From IMG/VR virus record IMGVR_UViG_3300027811_000003, positions 32,001-96,000 of that record: a stretch of 64,000 nt of DNA. One strand, given 5' to 3'. Source of the DNA: a virus. The position numbers and the translations under genes were made by a program. The notes beneath the pieces are model-generated. The model was not told where the DNA came from and made no database searches. It worked only from the letters and a program-made list of their open reading frames with translations. Shown here piece after piece: positions 26,583 to 36,303 of this stretch; position 1 is the first letter of the stretch, and the number at the start of each line of letters is the position of its first letter.

Positions 26583-29299
26583 AACACAGCTTTCTGCGGA
26601 AGGTCACAAACTCCGTTCCTACAGTTGTCGTTGCTCAAAGCTCCAGCTGACTCTGAGTCTATGTGTTTCATTGCTTCCTCAAGAGACATCGGAGTTATCG
26701 GTTGTTCTTCTCTGCTGCCCTCTGGATAAACTGTCAACCCCTTGACATCTGGCAAATATTCCATGACAAGGTTTGACAGCTCACTTTCAGAAGTTCCCTG
26801 CGGAACGTTCACAGTCTTCGATATAGCGTTGTCTACGTGTCTTTGACAAACTCTCTGCATGTCGAAATGATTTCGCATTGACAACTCGTGAGCACTCTGG
26901 AAGTGCGAAACGTCTCTTCCTTCTCTCACGAATTTCTTGAACAACGGGTGGATGATAGTCTCAGACTTGAGTTCGTCTCCGACTCTGAATTTCCTTGTCC
27001 ATCCAGGACCGAACGACGGTTCGATCGCGCTGTCGACGTCGCACACTATCGACGTCGTTCCAGTGGGAGCAGTTGTCAAGATCGCGCAGTTGCGTATGCC
27101 ATGTTTTCTGATAGACGAACGAATCGACGGCTTGAGAGTCTTGACGAATCCTCCCTTCAAAAACTGATCTGCATCAAACTTTTGGAAAGGACCTTTTTCT
27201 TCTGCGAGTTTCACGCTTGCTTCGTAAGCTCTGTTCTTGACGTGTTCCATAAGTTTGTCTGTGAATTCAAGCGCTTCGTCAGACCCGTATTTCATTCCCA
27301 GCAACAGCAACAAGCTAGACAATCCCATCACGCCCATTCCTATGCGTCTCTCTCCCAAGCTCACCTCTTTGATCTCTGGCAATGGATGATTGTTGACAGT
27401 AATAATATCATCCAAAAATCTTACGGCTAAATCAACAGTTGAATCGATAAGTTTCCAATCAATGTGAAATTTGTCTCCGCTGTTCTTCACAAAACGAGGA
27501 AGCACAAGAGAACCTAAGCAACACGAAAAATATGCAGGTCCCCACACTTCTCCACAATTTTTAACACAAATTCCAGAAGACACTATCGCTTTTTCATCTT
27601 GTTTGCTAGTAACAACATGATAGTTATGATTATCGTCTACTGTTATGTTGTAAACATCTTCGTAGCAATCAAATTCTACTTTCAAAACTTTATGATTTTG
27701 AGATACTTGATTTTTGAAATTAGTCCAAGAACCAAATCTAAATTCGTTCGACAAAAAAATTGGCATTCCACATTCTTTTGCTCGTTTTGACCATAAGCTT
27801 TTCGAAATTCTGCCGTTTTCTATGAAAAGCTTTCTTCCTTCATCGAGAATTTGTTCATTTGTAAAATTTGAATATCTTGGATTGGACATTCCAGGATGAG
27901 ACGAGGATACAAATCTCCACTTGAATTTCAATTCATCTGACATTCTGTGATATGGATTTAATTTTCCTCTCATGTTCTTTGCGTGAAGTTCTCTATGCTC
28001 TTCATGCGACATTACTTTAAGATTTTCAAATCTGTCATCTGTGCAATCACAATTAACATGATGTATTGCAAATTCCTTCGCGTCAACTGGTACACTGTTA
28101 AATTCATGAATAAGACGATACTGACGTCTATTTCTTCTGAAATTTCCTTGAATCTCTCCTGAATTGCAAATTTGTCTATAGGAGTTCGAATCAAAAGAAT
28201 TAAACGGAAAAATGCTATCATTCTCTTTCAAGGACTGTAACTCACGATATTCTAAATTCCTCAAAAGAATTTTATGATCGGGAGTAGCTCTGACAACTGA
28301 GCCATCGTCAAGAGTAAGTTTCCAAACTTCTTTTTTGACACCAGTAATTCTAGGATGTCTTCCCATTTTTATTTCAACTTTTCCAGTCTCAAGATTAGTT
28401 GAGTAAACGGGAACGTCCTTACATTCATCTGAAAGTTGTTTTATCGAAACGGCGTTCCTGCCATCTGCTGTAGCTATCAGAGTATCTCCCGTGACACAGG
28501 GATTCGTGGTTATAAGAGGGTAAAGATATGAAACGTTTGACATCTTGTTAGCAAGATAGCTGTTCAAGATACCCGGTTCACCGCACTTAAGCGCGTTCAG
28601 AATCACCTTTTTCCACAAAGCTTTCGCGCTTAACGTGTTTATCGTCCTGCCGTTGAACACCAAGTTGAACTGCTCGTCTTTACGCACCTTTTCGAAGAAC
28701 GCTTCTGGATCGGTAGCGAAGTTTATCGAAACGTTGGCGTTATTGAGTTGCTTGAGATCAAGCTTCTTGTCAAGAAATTCTTCTATGTCGCCGTGGTCGT
28801 GATTCAAGCTGAACATCAGCGCAGTTCGTCTACCTCCTCCAGCTTTGATCACTTCGCCGGCAGAGTTCAATATCTCAAACAAGCTGACAGCACCCGTCGC
28901 TTTGCCACCAGAGCCATTTATGAAAGTCCCTCTAGGTCTTATCGGAGAGCCGTTCAGCCCAACTCCTCCACCAGTGCCAGCTATTACTATCATGTCGTAT
29001 GCTGTCGTTCCCCATCCTTCTCTGCTGTCGACTGTTGGAATTCCGAAACAATTTGACAACTGACCCTTTGGTCTTCCGGCTCCATACCAAATTCTGCCAG
29101 CTGGCATGAACGTGTTCGCACACAGAAAATCTTTGAATGTCTTTCTGTAAAGAGGAATGTTGTCGCCTTCTTCGGCGTAAGCGACGTGTTCTGCGAGTCT
29201 GCAACATGCGTCAAGCCACGTCTCTTTTTCGTGCAAGGTGTATCTCTTCTGAAAAATGTCAAGAGCAAAACCTGTGGGCTCGTATAACGTGCTAAACAT
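26579..29299 (-). CDS. nrdJ: class II (B12-dependent) ribonucleotide reductase with intein
   Basis: NCF, GGGVG, GGRRTA, TNP|CGE after intein removal, RRIGMG, APTGTTS, DNAISKTVN. Confidence 0.9.
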   Translation of the reverse strand: MFSTLYEPTGFALDIFQKRYTLHEKETWLDACCRLAEHVAYAEEGDNIPLYRKTFKDFLCANTFMPAGRIWYGAGRPKGQLSNCFGIPTVDSREGWGTTAYDMIVIAGTGGGVGLNGSPIRPRGTFINGSGGKATGAVSLFEILNSAGEVIKAGGGRRTALMFSLNHDHGDIEEFLDKKLDLKQLNNANVSINFATDPEAFFEKVRKDEQFNLVFNGRTINTLSAKALWKKVILNALKCGEPGILNSYLANKMSNVSYLYPLITTNPCVTGDTLIATADGRNAVSIKQLSDECKDVPVYSTNLETGKVEIKMGRHPRITGVKKEVWKLTLDDGSVVRATPDHKILLRNLEYRELQSLKENDSIFPFNSFDSNSYRQICNSGEIQGNFRRNRRQYRLIHEFNSVPVDAKEFAIHHVNCDCTDDRFENLKVMSHEEHRELHAKNMRGKLNPYHRMSDELKFKWRFVSSSHPGMSNPRYSNFTNEQILDEGRKLFIENGRISKSLWSKRAKECGMPIFLSNEFRFGSWTNFKNQVSQNHKVLKVEFDCYEDVYNITVDDNHNYHVVTSKQDEKAIVSSGICVKNCGEVWGPAYFSCCLGSLVLPRFVKNSGDKFHIDWKLIDSTVDLAVRFLDDIITVNNHPLPEIKEVSLGERRIGMGVMGLSSLLLLLGMKYGSDEALEFTDKLMEHVKNRAYEASVKLAEEKGPFQKFDADQFLKGGFVKTLKPSIRSSIRKHGIRNCAILTTAPTGTTSIVCDVDSAIEPSFGPGWTRKFRVGDELKSETIIHPLFKKFVREGRDVSHFQSAHELSMRNHFDMQRVCQRHVDNAISKTVNVPQGTSESELSNLVMEYLPDVKGLTVYPEGSREEQPITPMSLEEAMKHIDSESAGALSNDNCRNGVCDLPQKAVL
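27557..28498 (-). mobile_element. intein with HNH endonuclease (314 aa)
   Basis: CVTGDT...ATPDHK...IHHVNCDCTDDRFENL...H...VYNITVDDNHNY...VKN|C; AT-rich. Confidence 0.92.
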
Positions 29300-30683
29300 T
29301 TTGACTATCTCCGGCCTTAGAATGTGAGAAAAGAGAGTTGTATCTTTCAGCCATTACTTTCTGCCTATTCTGACTGTTGTCCATGAACAACGCGACTGGG
29401 TCATCTCCTTGTTCTAAAATCTTTACTTTGACTGTAGCTGTCTTCAGAGTGAAAGGATAAACCATGCCGTCCTGTCCCAACCTTGACTTAGCTACGAGCA
29501 TTCTGCCAGAGTTGGTTTGCTTGTCTTCAGTCTTCCTAGACACAGTCAAAATGACGTCGCACACTTGCGCTTTGCCGTAACTCTCACCTATTTGACTGAC
29601 AGTGACAATCTCTGATTCAAGACCCGACCTGTTTGTCTGGTCTGCAGTTATTACGACAATGTTGAGCTCCTGAGCAAGCGCTCTCAAGTCTTCGTACGTT
29701 CCTTCCAACTCGAATCTCTTGTCTTTGGTGGCTCCAGATCCGCGAAGCAAGTCTGCGTAATCAACCAACAAAATGTCAGGTTTGAATTCACGAGTGGCAG
29801 CTAAGCGCTGCAAATAAGCTCTGATAGTCTGAACGCTGGCTTGTTTAGTCGGCCATTCTTTGATGAACAAACGACCTTTAACCGTGTCGTTGATGACGTT
29901 TTGAACTTTGTCCTGATTGTTAGAAACTTCGTTGATCTCGACTCCAGAGTAATATGAATCGAAACGAATGCCGATCTTCCAGTCAGCCATTTCCAAAGTG
30001 ACGTAAACGACGTTGAGACCTTGTTCAAGAGCGGCCGCGCCGCAGTTGACCAAGAACATCGACTTTCCAGCTCCAGTTGGAGCGATAAACGTGCTTAAAG
30101 TTTGCCTTTCCCAGCCGCCGTTGAATGCCTTGTCAAGCACTTGCCATCCAGTAGAGATTGGATGTCTGACTGACTTCTTTCCTCTCTGAGACAAGCATTC
30201 CTTGTACTCATGTCCGAGGTCTCTAGCAACGCCTTTGTTGAGAGAGTCATTGATGATCGTTCTGATCGAATCGTAGTTTCCGCTCTCCATCTGGTCAATG
30301 GCTTTGATCAAACCTTCCTTCAGACTTTGCTTTCGTGCAAACTCTAGAAAAGTGTCTTGGATGTATCTCATGTCACCGTTTAAGTGAGTCACCTTTACTT
30401 TTTCGAGATACTCTTTTACCTGTGTTTTGACCAAGTCATCTTCGTCAGAGTTGTTCACAGTTATCGTCTCGAGAACGTCAAGCGACGGATAAGTCTTGTA
30501 TTTCTGTTTGAAATCGAAATACTTCTCAGCGACATGCTGCAAGTATCTCAGCTCGAAAAAATCGGGCTTGATGATGTCAGAAATTTGTTCTGCGAAAAGC
30601 GTGTCTTGTATAAACGCGTGACACGCCTTCTCTTGAAACGTTCTACCAAACTTTGCCAGACTCTCGACAGTTTCTTCGCTCAC
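29292..30683 (-). CDS. replicative DNA helicase (DnaB/T4 gp41-like)
   Basis: APTGAGKS, VTLEM, LLVDYADLL, TADQTNR, KSRLG. Confidence 0.93.
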   Translation of the reverse strand: MSEETVESLAKFGRTFQEKACHAFIQDTLFAEQISDIIKPDFFELRYLQHVAEKYFDFKQKYKTYPSLDVLETITVNNSDEDDLVKTQVKEYLEKVKVTHLNGDMRYIQDTFLEFARKQSLKEGLIKAIDQMESGNYDSIRTIINDSLNKGVARDLGHEYKECLSQRGKKSVRHPISTGWQVLDKAFNGGWERQTLSTFIAPTGAGKSMFLVNCGAAALEQGLNVVYVTLEMADWKIGIRFDSYYSGVEINEVSNNQDKVQNVINDTVKGRLFIKEWPTKQASVQTIRAYLQRLAATREFKPDILLVDYADLLRGSGATKDKRFELEGTYEDLRALAQELNIVVITADQTNRSGLESEIVTVSQIGESYGKAQVCDVILTVSRKTEDKQTNSGRMLVAKSRLGQDGMVYPFTLKTATVKVKILEQGDDPVALFMDNSQNRQKVMAERYNSLFSHSKAGDSQNV

Positions 30684-31423
30684 TCTTTTTCTCCGAGTTT
30701 CTTCATGACATCAACCCACATGGAAGCAGTCCTCTTCTTAAGCTTGTTCTTGTACTTATCTGTGAAATGCTTGTTTCCCGGTATGAGGTCCAAGACGAGT
30801 TTGAAAAAATCATCAGGTGATTTGCCTATTACTTTTAAGGCCTTGTCCTTGGATACCGTTGTTAAATAATCTTCAATTTGCGTAAGGCCTTGCTGAATTA
30901 TGGCGTTTGACTCAAGAGGATCATTGAAATAATCAGCCTTCGTTGTCGAACCTGAGCGCTTCTTGTTAGTGAAATCTACAAACGCCTTTTTAGTTCCAGG
31001 AGCTCTTTCGAAGTCCATGTAGTGAACAAATTCGTGATAGAAAAGTCCGTTAGTTCTCTCCATGATCTTGGCGATGTTGCTTCCTTTTTGCAGCACTTTT
31101 CGCCATTCGTCGTCTGACATGTTCGCCGCCTTCGCAGGAACTTCGACAAACAGCACTATCTTCTTTTCTTTCTTGTTGACGTTGGTGACAAACTTCGCGT
31201 CAGATTTCGATTTTTCGTCTTCAGCTCTCCTGACAAATTCGACAGACAAATCTTTCATAGAATCATCGTCAAGCAGATCTCCGACATTCACGACGTTGCT
31301 TACTTTGCTTTTGTCTGTAACGAGAGCTTTGGTTATCTTGCCGTGAACGTCTATAGCTCTCTGCCTATATTTCGCGTCATCAGCTCCTTCGAAAAGCATA
31401 AAATATTCATCAAGTATTTTCAT
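30680..31423 (-). CDS. HExxH protein (putative metallopeptidase)
   Basis: FYHEFVHYMD...YFNDPLESNA. Confidence 0.6.
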   Translation of the reverse strand: MKILDEYFMLFEGADDAKYRQRAIDVHGKITKALVTDKSKVSNVVNVGDLLDDDSMKDLSVEFVRRAEDEKSKSDAKFVTNVNKKEKKIVLFVEVPAKAANMSDDEWRKVLQKGSNIAKIMERTNGLFYHEFVHYMDFERAPGTKKAFVDFTNKKRSGSTTKADYFNDPLESNAIIQQGLTQIEDYLTTVSKDKALKVIGKSPDDFFKLVLDLIPGNKHFTDKYKNKLKKRTASMWVDVMKKLGEKE

Positions 31424-31425
31424 TT

Positions 31426-32394
31426 TCAGACCTCGTAAAGCGACTCAGATCGTATCTTGTAGCACTTGAGAACAGTGAATATGTCGTCCTGCAGCTGCAA
31501 GCCGTACAGCATCAGCTTCAATTTCGCTTCAGTGAACGAAAACGTCGGACGTTGTTCTAACGTAGATATGCGAATTGTCCTAGCTGAACTAACGCTTATG
31601 CTAGGGTTTGACAGTTGCATCAATTTGATGTTCTCTAGCAGCTTGGGCCATTGGTCCAACACGCTTTTATACTTAGCTGACGAAGACGCATTGAGCTCAC
31701 AGTGGACGCGAATGTCTTCTAGCGTAGATTCTTTCTCAGACAAGAACGGAAAAAGCTTGACGACAGTCTTCAATCCAAAGCCGCCCAACCCTTTTATGTT
31801 GTCAGACGAATCTCCCATCAAAGCTTTGGCGTAAATCCAGTTGTCTGGTCTGACGTTGAGATTCGTGAGCATGTCTCTGCAATTCCAGTAACATTTCTTC
31901 GATGGAGAATAAACGAGAGTGTTCTTGTCGATCAGCTGAAGCATGTCTTTGTCAGACGACACGATTATCTTTTGAACGTCGACGTATATGTGCTTGCAGA
32001 TGAGAGCTAAACCATCGTCCGCTTCTATGTCTTGAGCTTCTACTTGGATCATTCCGAGCAGCGTCAGCAGATTTTTAAGCTTCTTGAGTTGCGAAGACAT
32101 GTTCGACGAAGACTCTTCGTTTGTCTCAGAGTCATCAGACCTGTTTAGTCTAACTTTGCGACCGCTCTTGTACTCTGAAAATATGCCGCGACGACGTCTA
32201 GAACCTCCTTCACCGTCCCACACCACTATCACTCTGTCTGGAGACACGTCTTCAATCAAGTTCTTGACAGATTTGAGAAATCCCGTTATTCCACCCGACG
32301 GTTCACCGTCTGCGTTCGTGGTGGGGACAACGACGAAAGATCTTATGAAGACGTTGAGACCGTCGATCAACAACACTCGCTTCGGTGTCTTCAT
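31426..32394 (-). CDS. 5'-3' exonuclease / RNase H (FEN-like)
   Basis: LIDGLN, WDG, YKSGR, EADD, SSDKD, GDSSDNIKG. Confidence 0.93.
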   Translation of the reverse strand: MKTPKRVLLIDGLNVFIRSFVVVPTTNADGEPSGGITGFLKSVKNLIEDVSPDRVIVVWDGEGGSRRRRGIFSEYKSGRKVRLNRSDDSETNEESSSNMSSQLKKLKNLLTLLGMIQVEAQDIEADDGLALICKHIYVDVQKIIVSSDKDMLQLIDKNTLVYSPSKKCYWNCRDMLTNLNVRPDNWIYAKALMGDSSDNIKGLGGFGLKTVVKLFPFLSEKESTLEDIRVHCELNASSSAKYKSVLDQWPKLLENIKLMQLSNPSISVSSARTIRISTLEQRPTFSFTEAKLKLMLYGLQLQDDIFTVLKCYKIRSESLYEV

Positions 32395-32399
32395 CTCGT

Positions 32400-32918
32400 T
32401 CAGACCTTCTTAAACACGCCACCACTTGGACCTGCGCTAGGAGCCTTGTCTACGGCTCCCACGGACTCACTCTTGTGAAACAAAGGTTTCGCGTTATAGG
32501 TTCCACCCCTTACTTCGCTCGACTTCACCGTCGTCACTCCAGACATTCGAGACGGATCGTACGTCCTGTACGCGTCTATCTTTCTCAAGAACACCTTGAC
32601 GAACTTTTGGTAGAAGCTCATCGGATTCTTTATTTCATCAAGAGGTTTCATCCTTCGCAAAATGTCGTTTACTAGCGGCAACCTGCTGTTCACAGTGCTG
32701 GAATTGAAGATAGAGTGCAGCACTTCACGTTCGGCGGCAGTCAACCGCTTGACATCGATACCGTGCAGCTTGCCGTGCCAGTTCGGATTCAAAACGAAAA
32801 CTTCCTTGTAACGATCTCCAGTAGCGTCGTCAACTACTGTGTGGTTGTACGTGAAACGAAGAGTGTCTGCTGGCTTTACTCTTGCCGACGCGAGAAGAAG
32901 ATGAGTAGATTCTGTCAT
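32400..32918 (-). CDS. hypothetical protein, weakly T4 gp2 (DNA end protector)-like
   Basis: FTY...VFVL...LHGID...AYRTY pattern. Confidence 0.4.
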   Translation of the reverse strand: MTESTHLLLASARVKPADTLRFTYNHTVVDDATGDRYKEVFVLNPNWHGKLHGIDVKRLTAAEREVLHSIFNSSTVNSRLPLVNDILRRMKPLDEIKNPMSFYQKFVKVFLRKIDAYRTYDPSRMSGVTTVKSSEVRGGTYNAKPLFHKSESVGAVDKAPSAGPSGGVFKKV

Positions 32919-34162
32919 GACTTCTGCTCTACGGCGACCTGTATCGCGCTTTCGACTTCGAGCAAGCTCTCAGTGTCAAGTTCAGCGTCCTTCGGAGCTT
33001 CGCCGTACTTCACGATCATGTTCTTTTCCAGCAGATCCAACACGAACTTTTTGACGTTTGGATCGCTCTTCACCAAGTCTGCCAGAGCACGTTCTCTGAA
33101 CTTAAGACCGCGGTCCTTTCCAGCGTACGCACCCTTCTCATCTAGCCTACCAGAAGGAAACTTCGACAAGTAACACCATCCGTCGTTCTTCTCTATTTCG
33201 CCACATTCGTGCAGTCGCTGAAACCAAGAACCTTCGTCGTCGATGCCAGACGCGAACAAGATGTCGAATTCGCATTTTCGCCACGGTGGCCCGATCCTGT
33301 TCTTGATTATTTTAGAAGACGTGTGAATGCCGTAAATGTCTCCAGCGTCTTCTCCAGTTTCAAGTCCTCCTTTCTTTTCTACCTTCTTCTTCTGACCAGC
33401 GAAAAGACGAATTCTCACAGAAGCGTGATACCCTATTGCTTTACCTCCCGGAGTAGTCATCGGGTCGCCGTACATCACGCCAATTTTGATCTTGAGCTGA
33501 TTCGTTATGACGAGAGCTATTCTTTCCTTGCCGATCATGTCAGTGATCTTTCTCATCATCTTAGACAGCAGCTTCGACTTCGCCAACTGCAAGTCCATGC
33601 TAAGATCGAAACTGCCTTCGACTTCTGCCTTCGTAGGAGACGCCGCCGCAGAATCGTAAATCACGACGACAAGCTTGTTAGGCGCTCTTGTCCTCACCAT
33701 CGTGATCGTCTTCTCGATCGCCTCGCCTACCTCTTCCAGAGTGCCGGGTTGCAAATAGACGAGCTCGGAGATGTTCACTCCTACTCGTCGCAAGAAATCT
33801 GGATTCGCTGCGTTTTCGCTGTCGATGTACACGACTATTCCACCGCGCTTTTGACATTCAGCTGCGATGTGAGCACAAAGCAGAGACTTTCCTGACGCCT
33901 CTTCACCAGTGATCTCAGTGACCTTGCCGACTGGAATTCCACCGTCTCTTCTGTTTGAAATCGTGTAGTTAAGAAGAGTCGAGCCGGTTCCTATGAACTC
34001 TTTTACGTCAGTAGGACAATCGAGGTCAGACGCCAAACACCAAGCCATCTTGCCACGCTTGTCTTCATCTTTGTTGAACTCTTTGATCAATAGTCTGCTT
34101 AGCTTGATGGAATCGACTTCTTCCTGCACTGTTTCTTCGCTCTCTTCCTTTTTCCTTGCCAT
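32915..34162 (-). CDS. recA: RecA/UvsX recombinase
   Basis: GEEASGKS, YIDSE, TNQL, TPGGKAIGYHASVRI, KNR. Confidence 0.93.
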   Translation of the reverse strand: MARKKEESEETVQEEVDSIKLSRLLIKEFNKDEDKRGKMAWCLASDLDCPTDVKEFIGTGSTLLNYTISNRRDGGIPVGKVTEITGEEASGKSLLCAHIAAECQKRGGIVVYIDSENAANPDFLRRVGVNISELVYLQPGTLEEVGEAIEKTITMVRTRAPNKLVVVIYDSAAASPTKAEVEGSFDLSMDLQLAKSKLLSKMMRKITDMIGKERIALVITNQLKIKIGVMYGDPMTTPGGKAIGYHASVRIRLFAGQKKKVEKKGGLETGEDAGDIYGIHTSSKIIKNRIGPPWRKCEFDILFASGIDDEGSWFQRLHECGEIEKNDGWCYLSKFPSGRLDEKGAYAGKDRGLKFRERALADLVKSDPNVKKFVLDLLEKNMIVKYGEAPKDAELDTESLLEVESAIQVAVEQKS

Positions 34163-34168
34163 TTCTTC

Positions 34169-34660
34169 TTACTCCCTTTGTGTTACACCTACGCGTTTAC
34201 AAGATTCGTTGAGCTCGAACACGAGGTCTTCAGCCGAGCGATCTTTCCTGTTTACGATCAAATCTTTGATCTTGTCAACGTCTTCATGGAAATACTTCGC
34301 AAACAACGTCTTGTTTGTGGCAGAGTCAGATATGACGACTGACAAAACTTTGTCGTATTGAGCGCAAGCGATCGTCACAGCTTCAGTTTTTTCGTTCATC
34401 TCCCACAGCAGCTTGCCGAAAGGATTACGATGGTCGAACGCCATCGCCTCTACGTCAAGTTCATGTTTCAAAAACTCTCTCGCGATGAACAATGAGTCTG
34501 GTGGAAAAGAAAATGACAAATGTCTGTCACCGATCACGGTGTCTCTGTCGATGACTTTGCTAACAGAAACAAGTTCTGGGATGTCATCGTTTGCTTCACC
34601 TTCGACCAACAAGCCATCGAAGCCCGCTCCTATGTCAGTTACGGAAAAGAATGTTTTCAT
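34169..34660 (-). CDS. hypothetical protein
   Basis: 163-aa ORF, AGGAG RBS. Confidence 0.65.
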   Translation of the reverse strand: MKTFFSVTDIGAGFDGLLVEGEANDDIPELVSVSKVIDRDTVIGDRHLSFSFPPDSLFIAREFLKHELDVEAMAFDHRNPFGKLLWEMNEKTEAVTIACAQYDKVLSVVISDSATNKTLFAKYFHEDVDKIKDLIVNRKDRSAEDLVFELNESCKRVGVTQRE

Positions 34661-34728
34661 TTTGTTCTCCTGCCGATGTAAATGTCATATGTCTCTTTAC
34701 GCAAATTCACTACTCTCGTGCTTGTCAT
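34657..34728 (-). pseudogene. truncated DUF4326-like remnant
   Basis: MTSTRVVNLRKETYDIYIGRRTK*, strong RBS, stops before the expected WGNP. Confidence 0.5.
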
Positions 34729-34741
34729 TTCTCTCCTAGCA

Positions 34742-34784
34742 TGACGAAACTGCGGAGTCGAACCGCAGCAAACCGCTTTTCGTC
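34742..34784 (-). ncRNA. tRNA-like minihelix (T-arm plus acceptor-like stem)
   Basis: GACGAAA-9nt-CTGCGG TTCGACT CCGCAG-TTTCGTC-A. Confidence 0.4.
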
Positions 34785-34800
34785 GTTTCAGTTATCTTGT

Positions 34801-35685
34801 TTACGCTCCGTCGACGAGGTCTTCGAAAGCTTCGTCGATAGATCGAGTTCCGGAAACCTTTGCGTTCTCTTTCGTGTTTGGCTTCGCGTCAGCCTTCTTC
34901 TCGTACTTCTCGTTGCCGGGAGCAGTGTCTGTCGTCTCGGGCTTCGCGTTTCCGACGAACTTCTGAAGCAGCTTGTCTACCTCTTCAGACTTGACTTCAG
35001 GAAAGACCTCAGAAAGCTTCTTGACAGAAGACAAAATTCCCTGAGTGAGATCATCGTTCTTCGCGAGAAGAGACGACTTGATGCGACCCTTGATCTCGAT
35101 GACAGTGAAGTTCTTCGTGTTTCCCTTTTCGTTTGGCTTCTTGAACGAGACCTGGATGTCGTATCCCTTCTTCACGTCGTAAAGGATGCGAAGCGCTTCC
35201 TTGTCGTCCTTCTGGAGGCCGAGTTCCTCGAGGCGGTCACCGTCCATGCACACGTCAAGCACCTGACCGACCTGAGCTGAAGTCATGCCCCACCACTTAG
35301 CCTTGTTACCGTCGGGCTTGCCTTCGACGCCGCGCTCGATCACTGGAGCAAAAATGCGTGGCTTCGACTGGATCTTCTTGAAAATCTCGAAGTCTGCCTT
35401 CCTTGCGTTTTCTGGTTTGTCGTTTCCGTCGGGACCCTTCCACGCCTTGAGCAAATCTGCGAAGTCGCAAATCGTGCAAGGCTTTCCGAAATTTGCCTTT
35501 GGACAAAGAATCGGGGTCATACCCGCGATCTCGTAGTGAAAGTGAAGCTCCTGAAACAGGTCTGCGCAGTACGGATTCTGCACGAATCTGACCTGATGTT
35601 CGTCCTTGGGCTTCCAAACGTTTTCGTTAGACCCTGCTTTGTTGTTAAGCTGTGTCAATCTCTCTTTGAGTTCTTTGATGTTCAT
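34801..35685 (-). CDS. single-stranded DNA-binding protein (gp32-like)
   Basis: WKP..RF, HY...CP...CTIC Zn site, GYDI, acidic C-tail DEAFEDL; next to recA. Confidence 0.85.
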   Translation of the reverse strand: MNIKELKERLTQLNNKAGSNENVWKPKDEHQVRFVQNPYCADLFQELHFHYEIAGMTPILCPKANFGKPCTICDFADLLKAWKGPDGNDKPENARKADFEIFKKIQSKPRIFAPVIERGVEGKPDGNKAKWWGMTSAQVGQVLDVCMDGDRLEELGLQKDDKEALRILYDVKKGYDIQVSFKKPNEKGNTKNFTVIEIKGRIKSSLLAKNDDLTQGILSSVKKLSEVFPEVKSEEVDKLLQKFVGNAKPETTDTAPGNEKYEKKADAKPNTKENAKVSGTRSIDEAFEDLVDGA

Positions 35686-35745
35686 TTAGTGTGCTTTCCT
35701 TTTCTCTTTTCCTACGTTTTACGACGTTATAAATAAGCCTTCGAA

Positions 35746-36291
35746 TCACGTCATTTTTGCAAACTTATGATGAGTAAGGCTTATCTTTTTAAATAGATAG
35801 GGATTCTTCTTGCGTAACTTTTTCTTCGCTTTCTCGTCACCGAAGTAGAACACCTCGTTGCCGCACGCCCAGTACTCTCCAACGTCTTTTCTAGAGTAAC
35901 CGTCAGACATGAACTTCGCCTTTTTCGTTTTCTCCCTCACCAATCTCTCGTCTGACGTTATGTCTTCAGAGAAGTCGACGTGGTGAGCGAGTTCGTGAAC
36001 GAGTATCTTCGCAGCGTTTCTCATGCCTTCTTTCGTCGTAGAGACGCGGATCACGCCGTTCAAGTACTCGCCGACGTCTTTAGTCATGCGAGTGAACGTC
36101 ACTTCTCTCAAACCGCTAGAATATGCTATCGGAACCTGCGCGTCTTCCATCTCAGACATCAGTCGCGCGATGAACATGTCCTTGACTTCACGAATCATGT
36201 TCACTTTTTTGCCAAAAGTCACAAGCGTGAGATGTCCGTTTATCAACTCAAACTTGTCATCGTCGACGAACAAAACGTTCCACGAAAACAT
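35746..36291 (-). CDS. zinc metallopeptidase-like protein
   Basis: LVHELAHHVD...YSRKDVGEYWA (lethal-factor/MtfA-like pattern). Confidence 0.7.
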   Translation of the reverse strand: MFSWNVLFVDDDKFELINGHLTLVTFGKKVNMIREVKDMFIARLMSEMEDAQVPIAYSSGLREVTFTRMTKDVGEYLNGVIRVSTTKEGMRNAAKILVHELAHHVDFSEDITSDERLVREKTKKAKFMSDGYSRKDVGEYWACGNEVFYFGDEKAKKKLRKKNPYLFKKISLTHHKFAKMT

Positions 36292-36303
36292 TGATGCCTC
36301 TTT

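Noticed and set aside
32385-32675. Alternative-frame minus ORFs nested in real genes (also 13850, 35306, 55284, 60759)
   Set aside because: Arg/Ser-rich off-frame translations overlapping better-supported genes
34742-34784. Complete tRNA gene
   Set aside because: No D arm or anticodon arm; reported only as a tRNA-like element
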